DNA of 62,880 nt, filler included, from Circinaria calcarea (GCA_051942165.1; 8 parts of 8 records of this genome joined end to end with filler, not necessarily neighbours in it), one strand, 5' to 3'; shown: positions 47,292-60,515, counted from the whole stretch's first letter. Made by a program: numbers and translations. Notes: a model not told the origin generated them from the sequence alone.

Positions 47292-49970
47292 TTACTCCAC
47301 CAACCCCACCACCCTCCCAATCTTTCCCCTCAACTCCTCCCTCTCCCTCTCCCTCCGTTCCTCCTCCCGCCGAGCCCTCCTCTTCCCAAGTCCATCTCTC
47401 ACCTGCCGACCCAAGCTCACAAGACTCACCTGATACCCGAATCTCGGCCCGGCGCCTCGCAGACCTCTGTTCCGATTTTCCTGAACAAAGTCGTAACTTT
47501 TCCGTCGGCGCAACGTGTTAAATCGAGTATTTGCATTTGGAGGACTGGAGGTGGAGCGACGACTAGGGAGACGCAACGATCCGAATGTCCTCGAGAGAGT
47601 CGATGATCGTTTCGTGATTGGCGACGGCGGGGCTCTGGCTCTTCGGGGCATATCGTTGCCGAAATCGCTTTCGCTGTCGGAGAGATCGTTCCAGAATCCG
47701 CGGGGACGCCAGAACGGAGAAAGCTTGTTATCGGCTGTTTGATCGTCTATCGCGGGGCGATGGTGGTTGAGGGTGTTGCGACGGTTGAGGGAGCGCGTAA
47801 TCGGAATGATGAAGGAGTCGGAGTAGCGACGGGCTGAGAAGGCGCGCTTGAGCGTGGATAGACGGCGGCTGCTACTGCTGCCTGTTGCTGGGGGTGCTTC
47901 GGTTGTTGGGGTTGCTAGAGGTGGGATGGGCGTTGGCGGGATGATGGTAAGGGCAGGAGGTTGGGGCGCATCACGAGGGTGACGCAAAGGCGAATCGACC
48001 GGCTGAGGTTGGTGAATGGCAGGAGGTGAGTGGTCGGTATGAGGTATAGAGGTTAAAGTAGTCTCTGCTGTTGTGCTATGCGTTTCCGGTCGTTGCTGTG
48101 AGCCTCGTCTAGCAGTTTGCTCAACAATAAAGATCGACTTGTTGTTGTGAGGATATAGATTCACTATTTTAGCTTCATTTACCTCGAGGGTACCAGGTGT
48201 TGATGATTGAGCCGAAAGCATGGAAAATGGAGTCACGAGCCGTGATTGAGGTTGTAATGCAGATAAATCATCTGGACTCAACTTCTCTGAGCATTCACTG
48301 TGGTGGTCCTCATCCGGAGTAAGCTCGATAGTCAATCGAGGTTGATTGTACCGAAGGTCCTGCTGCACATCATGTGCATGTAAACTGGTAGATGTTAATG
48401 ATGTTGTACGAGATACGTTTTTGCTGGTTGGTGCAGATAGAGAAGAGCTACGAGTAGGAATCACATGAGTGTTCTCCCTAGGCTTCACGCCTCCCGATCT
48501 CAATATTGTCGAAGATGCAATCGAACCAGCTTTTGGCCGAAGCTTACCAACTGGTAGACAGTATGTATCTGCTGCATTTGCAGGCCTGGAAGAGTTCCCG
48601 GACCCAGCTGTGGGTGACAATGCTCTAGAATGGCGTTTCTTACTCGAAGACCTAAGGGATGATCGACGCGAGGGGATCACCGGCTGTGGTACCATTTGCA
48701 AACGGGTTTTCGCAGAGCCTGAATCAGTGTTTGCAATAATATCAGATGCTGTACTAGATCTGTTGTCTCTCGATATGTGTTGAGTGGTTCTAGGTGCATG
48801 CTGCCGCATTGAATCGTCCGAAACTAGTGAACTTCGATTAGACACGTCCTGAGGCAGGCTTACGGTTCGAAGTGAGACATTCTTATTGGTGTGTCGTAAT
48901 GTGTGTTGACGCCGGGGTGATGTGTCGACTACCATGGCCTCAACAACGGTAGATGTAGCACTCATCTGGGAAAGCCTTCGATTATCAATTTGACGCATCT
49001 TCGTGTCAATATTAACACTGTCATGTGTAGGCCAGTGAATTTGTTCAGCGAACCGCTCTATGGACGCAGCCGGGGGACTATGTTTATTCTTCTGAATTCT
49101 TTCACGGAGAGATGGACCCCGTCTTATGGAGAAGTCGTCCAGTTTGGGAGGAGAACTGCGAGGCGCATTGTGTACAGTTCGCTGTTCCATTGAGAGATTC
49201 CATCGAAGACTCCTACTATGCTGGGGCCCTAGTTCAGTCGCGCTCGATGAGTTGTCGTTTACTTCTTCTGCGTTACTGCCCCACGCAACATCAAATAGGC
49301 CCAGTTGCCGACCACTGGGAACCACCTGTTGCGTGCTTATCGTAGGTGGTTTATTTTTGATGGGTTCCAGATCCAGGCCAAGCCCCACTGTCCTTGGTAT
49401 CCCAGCTTCCGTATGGTGTAACCACCTCTCCCTCAGAGATCTTTCGAGTGGCGGAGACGTTTGGCGGTCCTCATCGTCAGACTCCGAAGAGAGTTGTTCA
49501 CGAGCGGTTTTGAAAGATTCGGCGCGGGAGGATAGTAACAGTGACGTCGTAGGTGGTGTCGACTTCTTCGACCGAGGACGTCTTCCGGGAGGTGTGACCT
49601 CTGGAGTGGGGGGACTCTGCTGATTCACAGGTGTACTTGGTTCACAGCTCCGACCAGGGTGATCAATGAGGATTTCAGATCCTGTAAACCTCGACGGTTT
49701 TCGCGAATCTGGGCCTTCATTGTCTCTGTTGAGCGGGGGTGGCGTCAGTGGAAGGCGCGGAATGTCATTAACCTCCATATGTGGTGGTTCTGGAATCCAT
49801 GATTGAATTTGCCAAGACCGATCGCGTGCCGGGTAAGTCTTTCGCCTGGCAGTCTCCAGTTCTAATTCTTCTAATGACCACCTCAACGCCTTATCCGACC
49901 AGACCTGCCTCCTTGGTAGCGATTTATGGGAGGTGAGTGCCGCAGATTTGGGGAACGCAACGACCTCCAT
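47292..49970 (-). CDS. Hypothetical Ser/Pro/Arg-rich, largely disordered protein (892 aa)
   Basis: Long uninterrupted ATG-started ORF with short ordered-looking islands (EVNEAKIVNLYPHNNKSIFIVEQ, NKLSPFWRPRGFWNDLSD) and a C-terminal R/E coiled coil. Confidence 0.8.
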   Translation of the reverse strand: MEVVAFPKSAALTSHKSLPRRQVWSDKALRWSLEELELETARRKTYPARDRSWQIQSWIPEPPHMEVNDIPRLPLTPPPLNRDNEGPDSRKPSRFTGSEILIDHPGRSCEPSTPVNQQSPPTPEVTPPGRRPRSKKSTPPTTSLLLSSRAESFKTAREQLSSESDDEDRQTSPPLERSLRERWLHHTEAGIPRTVGLGLDLEPIKNKPPTISTQQVVPSGRQLGLFDVAWGSNAEEVNDNSSSATELGPQHSRSLRWNLSMEQRTVHNAPRSSPPKLDDFSIRRGPSLRERIQKNKHSPPAASIERFAEQIHWPTHDSVNIDTKMRQIDNRRLSQMSATSTVVEAMVVDTSPRRQHTLRHTNKNVSLRTVSLPQDVSNRSSLVSDDSMRQHAPRTTQHISRDNRSSTASDIIANTDSGSAKTRLQMVPQPVIPSRRSSLRSSSKKRHSRALSPTAGSGNSSRPANAADTYCLPVGKLRPKAGSIASSTILRSGGVKPRENTHVIPTRSSSLSAPTSKNVSRTTSLTSTSLHAHDVQQDLRYNQPRLTIELTPDEDHHSECSEKLSPDDLSALQPQSRLVTPFSMLSAQSSTPGTLEVNEAKIVNLYPHNNKSIFIVEQTARRGSQQRPETHSTTAETTLTSIPHTDHSPPAIHQPQPVDSPLRHPRDAPQPPALTIIPPTPIPPLATPTTEAPPATGSSSSRRLSTLKRAFSARRYSDSFIIPITRSLNRRNTLNHHRPAIDDQTADNKLSPFWRPRGFWNDLSDSESDFGNDMPRRARAPPSPITKRSSTLSRTFGSLRLPSRRSTSSPPNANTRFNTLRRRKSYDFVQENRNRGLRGAGPRFGYQVSLVSLGRQVRDGLGKRRARREEERREREREELRGKIGRVVGLVE

Positions 49971-52282
49971 AGCAACCTCGGTACGCGATCACAGAAGCGT
50001 CGACTGTTCTGAAAAAAAGTGACAGCGCTTCTCAATAGTGGTGCATCAGCTATTTCGACAGTTTTCTTTATTCCTGTGGTTTAAGCCGCACGAGTATCTC
50101 ATGTACCGTGGATGGAAAGTAGCAGGTTGCTTGCGTCGCAGTTTTCGGGGATACCTGAAAGCACTCGTCATGCAAACCTGGCAAGGGGGCGTCAACCTGT
50201 GCTCCTTGGATCATAGATTCGAAGGCGTCTCTCACGGTTATCGTGCATACATACGAGTCGCCGGGTAACCACTGTAATAATCCGCACGAATATGTTTAGG
50301 GAGGACAAATAGAGGCCGTTAGGTGAAGCTGCTTGTCTGCCGATAAATGGAGTCATGAGATGGCATGCAACAAGCATGCGACTACGAGGAACGCGCGTTA
50401 AAGATAGCCGCCTCTAGCAGAAGCTTAAATCATCTACATCACCACGATCACACTTTTCGTCCCTTCATCCAGTCAGAGGCAGCCTCGGACATTTTCAATT
50501 TCTAGCCTCGGAATATCAATACACCATCTCAATCCCAAAAGCCGTCCCCTGGCAAAGTTCGCGTGGAATACGATAGAACGTTTGGATGTTCCGAATAATC
50601 TTATTTACTCGAGCTACTAGTCTACAGGGGTATTGATTGCTAACCCATTATTCAATCTCCCCGTATATAATCTACAATATAAGTGAATATTTTCAAGGAA
50701 AAGATTACTTCTGACATTAGGTCTATCCTCTAAATATGTTCCAGCTGTTCTTTCAGTTAAAACATAACTTGTGTTCGGTATAGGAATTTCGGAGAGACTG
50801 CGCTAACAGTTAATATCCTTGCGGACCAGTAAAGACAAGGACCCTGTAATAGAGATTACCTACCAAGCCATTTGTTAGTGAAACAAATTCAATGAGGCAC
50901 CAAGAATCTGAGACAGTACATTGACTCAATTACGATCAATCGTACGTGGGGAGTAAAACGGTGTAACTCAAAAGGCAAGCAGTCTTTAACAGGCTGACAT
51001 CACCGGGAGAAGGATCTATGGATGACTCCAACCATACAGTGTGTAGCTGACTGAGAATCGTGCGTACTATGATTGCGTGCTTATACCCTCATATCAAAGT
51101 CACCGTCGGGCATAGGATCAATATAAAGTATTCGTCTTCTACATTTCAATCACCATCGATTCGAGCAGTAGCTCGTATCTACCCAGCAGTATAATCCCCG
51201 GGCGTCAAGCTGGGCACCGATCAGGGATAAACATGGGCCTTTTGGCACTAGGGATATCCGGCAGATGATAGGGCCGAGTTCGGGCTTGTAGATCAGCCTG
51301 AGACGTCATAGGCTTCCACGCGCTCCCCCATCCAAATCCAAGAAATCGGGTCGAGTGGCTTTTGGCTTTTGGGGGCTTTTTGGATTGGGGCTTTGATCTG
51401 ACAGGATGACGTAGCATGATTTCATATCTCGCGTTGATCCTTTGTGCTTGGCTGTCGAAACGCCCATCACCGCACTGGACAACTTCTGACACAGCGTACA
51501 TAGCTGGTAGTAAAGCCATGAAGGGTTGGTTGGCTTACTCGACGTGTCTCTTGAAAAGTACTCGCATTTCTGACCAAACACCGGGGACTTGGAAGCGCAT
51601 CATTCTTCTCCCCTTTTTCTTCGCCTGTTCGGTTTTCCATCTTCTGAGCAAGCTCGGGAAAAGCCAACGTCATGCTGCATATAAACCAAGCCGCGTCCCC
51701 CACCACCGAACCTGAACAAAGAAACAGGTCTGGTACACAGCAGAAGCAGCAAGCTGGAAAGGTGCTACCGATAATCCTGTCACGCGTACGGAAGGAATAG
51801 CATATCAAATACATTTAATCCTCTGAAATCTGCACCCCCTTTCTCCACCCAATGACCACCGCCAAGACCCTCGGCATGTATGACACAAGGTAGATCGTTC
51901 GCTTAGGGAAGGTTTGGCAGAGAGGGTCCCGGCGTCAGGGTCGTCATTTTTAAACCCGCACATCGTCGATCTTCCAACTCAGATCTGCACGATATCGTAA
52001 CCAATCCCAAGGTCCAAGGTCGGGGACTCGGACCCAAAGACTCGAGTGTGTGTGCCAGAGCTGTATCATACGCACGTTTCGACCCTCTCGACTTCTCCTA
52101 AATCTCCTCTGTCCAACATCTAAGCCGGTGCATCGTGCATCTGACACGACCGAACACATTCCTTTGTCATTCATCTGTCCGTCATCACTCCACGTCATCC
52201 AGCTCAGGCTTTCGTCTCCAGCACCAGCACCAGCACCGGCTCCTTGCTTGACCGCGACGGTCGAATCACGACCTCAGGCACC

Positions 52283-54629
52283 ATGTCCACGATACAGAAC
52301 CTCAAAAATTTCATTCGGCACGGCAAGCAAGCTCGAGCGTCGAATTCTCCCCACGGTGATCCGACCACCAACATTTCCCCCGTGCACGCGCAACAGCAAC
52401 GACACAGCGGCGCCCAGCAGCAGAATCACCATGGCATCAGCGAGCCGAATCTAGCGGACCACAAGCCACTCCAGGCGGCACATGTACCAGGTGGAGACTA
52501 CTCCGTCGCGAACATGGATAACCGTAATGTGGTCGCCCGGGCTGGAGGGGTGGCTGCCAAACAAGTCGGGGACAACCAAAGGATCGGTAACGGAGGCTCG
52601 ATAGAACGGAAAAAAGACTACGACCCGTTGGTGATTGAGCGGATAGTCGCAGAGGAGCGAGAGAGCAAGGGAAAGCTACCGAGGTATCCAGGGCTGGAAC
52701 GCTATAGACTGATTGAGAAAATGGGAGACGGGGCTTTCAGCAACGTGTATCGAGCCAAGGATCTCAATGGGGAATACGACGAAGTCGCTGTCAAGGTTGT
52801 CCGCAAATTCGAGATGAATTCAAGCCAGGTTAGTACGGAGTGCAAACTCAATCCTGCCGGTTCAGGACCAATGTCTTTTCTTTTGGGTTTTCCACGTATC
52901 TATTTCTAAACATTGCCTGAATTTCCTGCAATGACTTTACAACTTTTACCAACACCGAGTCGTTTTAGGGCGACAACCACTTGCATCCGGACTTCAAAAA
53001 GCAGCCAAAGGTCGTCGAGGTGCGCATTAACCTCCCACCATTATAGCCCATATCGTATTCCATCATTTCTTTATATCTTAACCCTACCAAGTTTCGGAAG
53101 ACGGGAGATATGCTGACCCTAGTCGTTGCTAACAGCGAGCCAATATACTCAAAGAAGTACAAATAATGCGACAATTAGATCATCCCAACATCGTCAAGCT
53201 CGTCAGCTTCTCCGAATCAAGCCAATACTATTTCATCGTCCTTGAGCTTTGTCCTGGTGGAGAGCTCTTCCATCAAATCGTCAGGTTGACCTATTTCAGC
53301 GAAGACCTGAGTCGACATGTTATCACCCAGGTCGCAAAGGCACTGGAGTATCTGCATGAGGAAAAAGGCGTCGTGCATCGGTATAAAGCTCGTTTCTTAA
53401 AGTCATCAATACGCTATATTGCAGAAGCTAATTACTTGAGCAGTGATATTAAGCCAGAAAACCTGCTCTTTTATCCTGTACCCTTCATACCCACAAGAAA
53501 CCCGAAACCCAAATCCGCAGAGGATGAGGACAAGGCTGACGAAGGCGAATTCATCCAGGGTGTTGGAGCTGGTGGTATCGGACAGATCAAGATTGCTGAC
53601 TTTGGTTTGTCCAAGGTCGTCTGGGACAGTGTGACTATGACACCTTGCGGTACGGTAGGTTACACAGCACCAGAGATTGTCAAGGATGAGCGTTATTCCA
53701 AGAGTGTTGACATGTGGGCAATGGGATGTGTCCTGTACACACTGCTATGTGGATTTCCACCGTTTTATGACGAGAGCATCCAGGTCCTTACGGAGAAAGT
53801 TGCCCGAGGCCAGTATACGTTCCTGTCGCCATGGTGGGACGATATTTCCAAATCGGCCCAGGATCTTGTATCCCACCTTCTTACCGTCGATCCCGACAAG
53901 AGATATACCATCCAGCAGTTCCTTGCACATCCATGGATCCGACAATCGAACGAGGAAACATATGCGGCTGCCGATGCACCTCCACTTGCTACCCCTCTAT
54001 ACCAGCGCCAGAAGGAGTATGGATTCCACCAAAAGGTTGGTGATCATGAACCTATATCCGCTCAGTTCCTCGAAACACCTGGAGGTGGCATGCGACGCAA
54101 CGATTTCAGATCTCCTGGAGCGGTTAACTTGCGGGAAGTATTTGACGTCGGTTACGCCGTCCACCGCCAAGAAGAAGAAAACAAACGTCGTAAGAATTTC
54201 AAACAAGGCTACCGTGGCGCTGCAGGCATCAACGGCTTGAATCCACTAGACGAAAACGACGATGATTATGAGGATGGACAGGATGATTCTTTGGCCTATA
54301 ACGGTGCGCAACAAAACCCTCCTGCCAAACTCCCCAAATCTCACGGCGCGGGCCCAGATGTTACTGGCGTAGAGCAAAAGATGCGGAACACGAATTTAGG
54401 TGCACATGCTCAGCCAAGTGCGGCGGCTCAAGCCCGACAAGCCGCAGCACCGCCGAGGCAACAAGAACGAGGGTACGGTCAACACAGTCCTGCGGTAGCG
54501 GCAGCGGCGAAGCAGCAAGTTAGGAAGAACCGGGGAGCGTTCGAGCTGAGCTTGGACAACGCGACGCTGTTGGGGAGGAGAGGGAAGGGTGGACCGGAGA
54601 GTAAGCTTCGCGAACAGATTGTTTCATAG
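52283..54629 (+). CDS. SRK1: CAMK-group MAPK-activated protein kinase (Srk1/Rck2 family), 4 exons
   Basis: MSTIQNLKNFIRHGKQA, KMGDGAFSNVY, VAVKVVRK, HR|DIKPENLL, IKIADFGLSK and TPCGTVGYTAPE. Introns 52829-52968, 53020-53135 and 53381-53443. Confidence 0.93.
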
Positions 54630-55028
54630 ACCCGGCCGGGAAACATTGTTATCGGTTGATTTTTTTCACTGGCTTTACTTTTTGGCTCAGTTGGCATTTG
54701 CAGGAGAAACTACCTTGCCTTTATGGCAAATTTTGCTCGGGTTGCATGGTACATGGAAAAGAGTTTGCTCGGTTCATTTGGCTCGTACATCCAAAGAGGT
54801 ACTACTAGCTAGTGAAGTACCCCAATCTAAATCGCTTCATGCACCTCTTCTCGTCCCCTCGGCGTCGCAGCCCGCAGGCGAATCCATTCATCCTACCATT
54901 CCTACCACTTGGCGGATAACTGAAAATTTCCCCCCTACAGCAAAAGAACAAATCTCCACGCCTAATCCCCCTTCCTTCCTTCCTCTCTCCCTCCCTCCCT
55001 GCCTGCCTAATCCTCCTTCCTCTCCCCC

Positions 55029-55128
55029 NNNNNNNNNNNNNNNNNNNNNNNNNNNNNNNNNNNNNNNNNNNNTTAATTAATTAANNNNNNNNNNNNNNNN
55101 NNNNNNNNNNNNNNNNNNNNNNNNNNNN
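55029..55128. other. Artificial contig spacer
   Basis: N44-TTAATTAATTAA-N44. Confidence 0.98.
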
Positions 55129-55677
55129 TCGCAAAAGTGGCAGATATCCCCCCCCCCCCCTCTTCCCTGCCGTGCCACATTCTTCGACGGAAAGCCTTTC
55201 TCCTCGTAGGAGATTGCACTCCAAGCATTTTTGACCCTCAACGTAGCATCTAGCAGCAATCAAGCAGCACTTTCATGCATTATTACTCGAGGAAATCTGG
55301 ACGGCTTGAACCTATGACTTTACTCATCATCGGTCGCGTTGTTACGAAACTATCGCTTATCGGTTGCGTCAAGCGTCGACTATGGTGGTGATGTAACGTT
55401 TGTTAGTGTTTTCTCATCTTATTTGAGATGGATACACCAGCGGCGGCCCATCAAGCGAGATATAATTGGCCGGTTACGTTTTGAGAGAAACGGTTGAGAT
55501 AAGAACTGGGCTGTTGAGGCATAGGATTAACAGAGATTGTTTTGGAATTGCTGACTTTCGTGTACCCTTGAATACATGAAATAGAATGCAAATTTACTAG
55601 ATATTTACAACCGAGGCTCGAATCAGATGCGCCATTAAGAATATTCTAGATGTCTGTTGTTTTGTGACCCTTGGCTG

Positions 55678-57582
55678 CTAAGAGTTGCTGCTTAGAGACG
55701 TCGATGTAGGATGCAAACGGCCCACGCGTTTTCCATCCTCCGTTTTCATAATATCCGGTGTGAACACCAGCCGGCGAAGCACATGCCCTTTCCATGCCAA
55801 TAAAAGTATGAGCATCATGGCAAACAAAGAGAAGAACGCCGCCATGCCAAATAACCAACCGACCCCGACTTTGTCGGACCAAGAAACGAAGAAGAAGGTG
55901 ACAGCAAGTCCGAGGGCTAGCCGATATATATTCATACAAACAGAAACTTCAATCGGATAATCGACAAAGCATTCGACCACATAATTAATGCAGACGGGCA
56001 CACACAAGAGAGCAGAGAAATTGACTAAGAAGGTACCCAAGGCGAGCACCATAAAATGTAGGTGGTATTGTAGGCCGGCACCAAATATGCCGAGTCCGAT
56101 TGGAGACAGAATTGCGGGTAGAAACATACTCCAGAGGCGATATTCTGGATGCCAGATGCTGCGTCCAATACGTTGAGAAGCCCAGAGAGGAATTCTATCG
56201 TTGAACAGAGTACCGGTGAGTTGAGCAGCAAGCAAAGCTGTCCAAATGGTGAAGGTGACTAGCAGGGTGGGGAGTAAGCCCAATTTTCCCCCCATTGAGT
56301 TTTGGGAATTCAGGTAAATTTTCTAGGATCGTGATCCACTTACAGGCCGCATTTTTGTAAGGCGTGAAGCCATAGCCTCCTTCACTGGTAGGTGTTTGAA
56401 GGAAGATGGTGAGCTCGGTACTTATTAAAATACTCCAGGCAAAAGTAATCAACGTATATGAGCCAGCAAGAATGGTCACCGGCACGATACCGATTACGAA
56501 AGGCAGGCTAGCAGATTTGAGCTTCCTTGACGTTAGCATTGGACATTCTCAATCCACCATTGCTTCCGCAAACCCACCAAAGCAGACCTCTGTATTTTGG
56601 GCACGACGGACGTTCCTAAAAGATAGGTTCTAACTCGATTGGGGAAAAACGATACTGGTATAGCAGGATAAGACATTTGATTTTCTCCTCGTGAAAAGCC
56701 GGTTTCTTCAACCAAGCAAAAAACTAGGATTACTGCTGCTCCCAGGGGAGCCAGCGTCCACCAGAAAATATCCGGCCATGGCCTCGAGTTCACAATAAAA
56801 CCTCCAATGGTTGGGCTGGCAATTACACCGAGCAATAGACTGAGTTCGTAACAGGCGAATGCTCTACGGCAAAATGTCAGCTAATAATCGTAGCGATGCC
56901 GCTTATAACAGGAAATTCGGAGTTTTACTTTCCACGCTGGTGTAAGAAGAACACGTCCATAATATATCCACTTCCCAAGATAGTAGGGATCGATCCAAAC
57001 ATCCCGGCAAACAGACGCGATATGACGAACGAAATATAATCATTCTGGCCGGTCATCCTTGCAGCCCATACTTGTGTAGCAATAGTACCTAGTAAGCTCC
57101 AAAAAATCGTCGAACTGCGGCCGATGAGACGAGCAAGCGGTGTAAATAGCACAGGACCGGCCAGGAGCCCTGCGACCGCAGCAGATATGGAATATGACAG
57201 TTGAGTCGGCGTTTTATGGTATGTGTACGAAATGACAACAAATCCAGTCTGGTGCGCGGTTGGCGCTGTGGCGCCAGCAAAGGCGGCGAAGCACAGCACG
57301 AACAACATGGCGTACTTTTTGCCGAGAGGCCAGTTCTGCGAGGAGGTTGGGTCGAAGGGTCAGCCATTGCATCCCGGATTCTGCGCCCGATTCTGACTGT
57401 CTTTTCGCCAGAAAATGCTTTGGTGGAGAACGTACCAGAGGATCTCTTGGATCATCACTTGGCCGTGGGATCAAAATAATCGTGCCTTGCCCACCCTTTC
57501 TTGGCCTGACCTGCAGCTCCGAGTCCTCCACCCCAACGACTTTGGGCTCGAATGCGGGCGAGGGATCTGCGGCGGCCGGCAT
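55678..57582 (-). CDS. MFS transporter (HOL1-like), multi-exon
   Basis: LIPRPSDDPRDPL, PLARLIGRS, IMDVFFLHQRGK, VEETGF and WHPEYRLW; many hydrophobic segments. Confidence 0.88.
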
Positions 57583-58358
57583 ATTGAGCGCGCCTTGGGT
57601 TTCCTACCGATGAATTGAAAACCGAACGTGAGCAGCTGCAATGGCCCTAGTAAGCAGAGATTGAACTTGGAGTGTTCGTGGGCCAGAACGAGAGGGGAGC
57701 TCGGTCTGTATATCTGGGCTGAGAGTGGAGGGACAGCCCCCAACCGGAAGGAATGATCAAGCCCGTCTCAGTGGCGGGCATCTACGCAGTGAGCCGCGTT
57801 GTCGGTAGGGAAAGCTGGCCTCTCTTTCGGCTTTTTGGGGGTGGGTCAGGCGATCTGCACATACTCGGCCGGCTCGAGCTCTACCATTTCAGATTTGCTT
57901 TTCGTCGTCGGCATTGCCTGGATTGGCATTTCCCGCCCAAACTCCGTTATCTGCCAGAGTCGCAGCGAAGTCGGGTATACATGCTACTTTCCCAATTTAG
58001 CCGAATCTCGCCGGTCTCAATTCCAAACAGCATTAGATTCGTCCTCGCTTAAGAATCGACGCTACTTCCCAAGCTACAGACCCCTTTTCCCAGGCTGTGG
58101 AGTGGAGAGCACATGGGGATGCGGGATTTACGAAGCCCCCGATTCACCGTCTTTCCTCCCACGAAAGTAAAGACTTGACAGCCGGGGAGGTATGATCGGT
58201 TCTGCCCATGGTTCGTGGGGATAAGAGCCAAAGTCGCTCTCGGAGAATGAAAAAAGCGCAGAAGCACAGAGCGTCTACCGCCTGCAGTTCTGCCAGATCG
58301 TCCCTTGATCATACTATTCAGGAGCGATCGCTAGTCGGCATTACTTCTACAGTCAAGC

Positions 58359-59682
58359 TCAGACCGGGATTCTATCCCCAAAAGTACCCTGCTCGAGACG
58401 GCCATCTTTTCGGGCTCTATCCAAGATATCAACTTGGACTTCAGTGGTCTTTCGAACACCGAAACTTCCCATCGGAATGAGGTCCTCCTTACTTCCAGTA
58501 CTACCTTGGCCGGCCCTTGTTGGTACCGCTGCGGCTCGTCGGGGACTATTGTTTGGAGGGTAGGTGTTTGCCGATGTGGATTTCCGACTCCACACAAACA
58601 GTTGCCTTAAAGCAGGCATCGAAGCGACGATGATGCCAACCTGGTCCTCAAGTCTGATTGCGAGATTAGGTCTTACATTCTTCGTATCCGGTGATGTGGA
58701 AACCTACAGAGACCAGATTTCAACGTGTACCAGATCTCCTAAATGGCGCTTATCAGCTCGACTTCTTCAGAGATGAGTAGCGGACATACTTGTGATATCG
58801 GAACTTACGAAGTTGGTCGTCACTGTTTTCCCAATAGATGTTGCGGCAGTACTAGAAGTATATAAGCATGTATAGCAGTGATACTACTGAATGCCATACA
58901 AAAACCCGAGACCCATAATCATACACAGCGCAATTTTGGTCTGTAGATTCATCTGCAGGCCTTGTAGAATAAACACGGGTAGGGCGGCGGTAATGAAATC
59001 AGTAATAACGCTTAATACTAAGTTCAAGGTCAGTATGCTGTAATTCTCCAGATAGATATAAAGTACCCCCATATGCTCTGGTAATTTGCGTGACTGTCCC
59101 GCTGGAGATACATCGTGGGTTTAGACTTTTGTTCCAGATCCCTTCGAAGGGCGTACACTGCACACCTAACGTAATAACAGCAACAGCTGTGATAAGAAAA
59201 AATATCGTTATAGTGGCCCAAATGACGATTCTCACGGCTCTATGAGTGCCTGCAACCATCCTCAGGATGAACAAACAGATTGAGGTCTTTACGAAAAAGA
59301 CGGCGATTTCATTAGACATCTCCGTCAAGGTCGACCATTTCAGCACCTGCGAAATCTGCTCACTGGTGAGGTAAAATACATGTCTCCCGAAGCCGTTCTG
59401 GACCTGCAGGTGGTTCAAAGCGGCGGTGTAGATTGTCACGCCCTGGAACTGTCTCAGCAAATCTTATACCGTTTGCTGCGAAATGAGCGTCCGGACTGTT
59501 CATACCAGTGCCACACAGATCAGATAGTCATCCCAATAGATATGGCGGTGGATGTAAATTCTTGTATACATGCGCATACACACGAGGACTATGCCGGGTA
59601 CCAGCGTGACCCACAAGATAACCAGCAGTGCCGTGGCACTGCTCGTGTCCGGGGGGAGAGGATTCGGCCTTGGATTATCCAT
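58359..59682 (-). CDS. PTH11-like integral membrane (fungal rhodopsin-domain) receptor without CFEM, about 6 exons
   Basis: RMYTR..WDDYLI, GFGRH, FVKTSICLFILR, QCTPFEGIWN..C, TDFITAALP..L..LQM..TKI and IWSLLEDQVGIIVASMPALRQLF after splicing. Confidence 0.88.
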
Positions 59683-60515
59683 CAGGAATGCCTTTCAAGG
59701 AAAAATCTATTACTTGCGAGGCAAATTCTCGATAAAAATATATGCGGGGTGAACGCTTCCAACAAGGAATCATGGACAAAAAACAATGGACGGGATTGTT
59801 GGAAGTTGACGCAGCAGGGCCTGTAGCAGAGGCATATACTGGCAGTCCGAGAAGACAGTCACACTGCGTACTCTGCAATATTGCTCCTGATGAGCACCCA
59901 CACTTACCCTCTTGTCTAGGCACGACGTAACATCTCACACGCCGCAGCCATTTGCGATGGCCGATTTCCAATTGCTTTAGAATATAGGAACAAAGGATCG
60001 AAAAAACACCCCCAATGTCATCGGTAAAGCAGTGCCACTAATAAGGCAGATCGAGCTGTCTTCCGAGAATTTGACCAACGATCATCTTAAACTTGACTTT
60101 GTATAGAAGGTGACACCAGCTTTTAGATTGCGGCTGACAGTGCAGCAGATCCAATCCTGTGGCCATCCCGGCGTTAAGCCCGGTCAGACTTATTTGCTCG
60201 CCCCGAGTCCGAAAAGTAAGGCGCATCGCACGCTGCCCGAGAAGGAGCTGGATCCGAGAAGCAAACGAGCGGCCCGTGGGTTGAGAAACCGTGGCATTCA
60301 TATCGCGCTCAAGCGGGCCCGTGTCAACGAGGACCACTGTAAAACGTTCTTAGATACGATTGCGGATTTGGTTGAAGCATGGCGGCTTCGACCAAACTTT
60401 AGGCGAGGTGACTTTTTGGAGGATTGTCTTATGTCATCTAACCGGGCTCCTGTTTGCTTCTTCACCAACAGCAAGTTTACAGGTGAAATCAAGCCGGCCA
60501 GGTCATTTAGGAAGA

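Noticed and set aside
50000..52200. Long intergenic region with several short ORFs and an AT-rich patch
   Set aside because: No coherent exon structure, repeat or RNA gene was recognised; it is most simply the divergent promoter/UTR region of the flanking genes.
53381..53443. 63-nt stop-free in-frame intron in the kinase
   Set aside because: It is short enough to be stop-free by chance, and retention would split the catalytic HRD motif.
7834..55084. TTAATTAATTAA recurring every ~7.87 kb, suggestive of a periodic repeat, target-site duplication or CRISPR-like array
   Set aside because: It is always embedded in N44 flanks, so it is a synthetic six-frame-stop linker.
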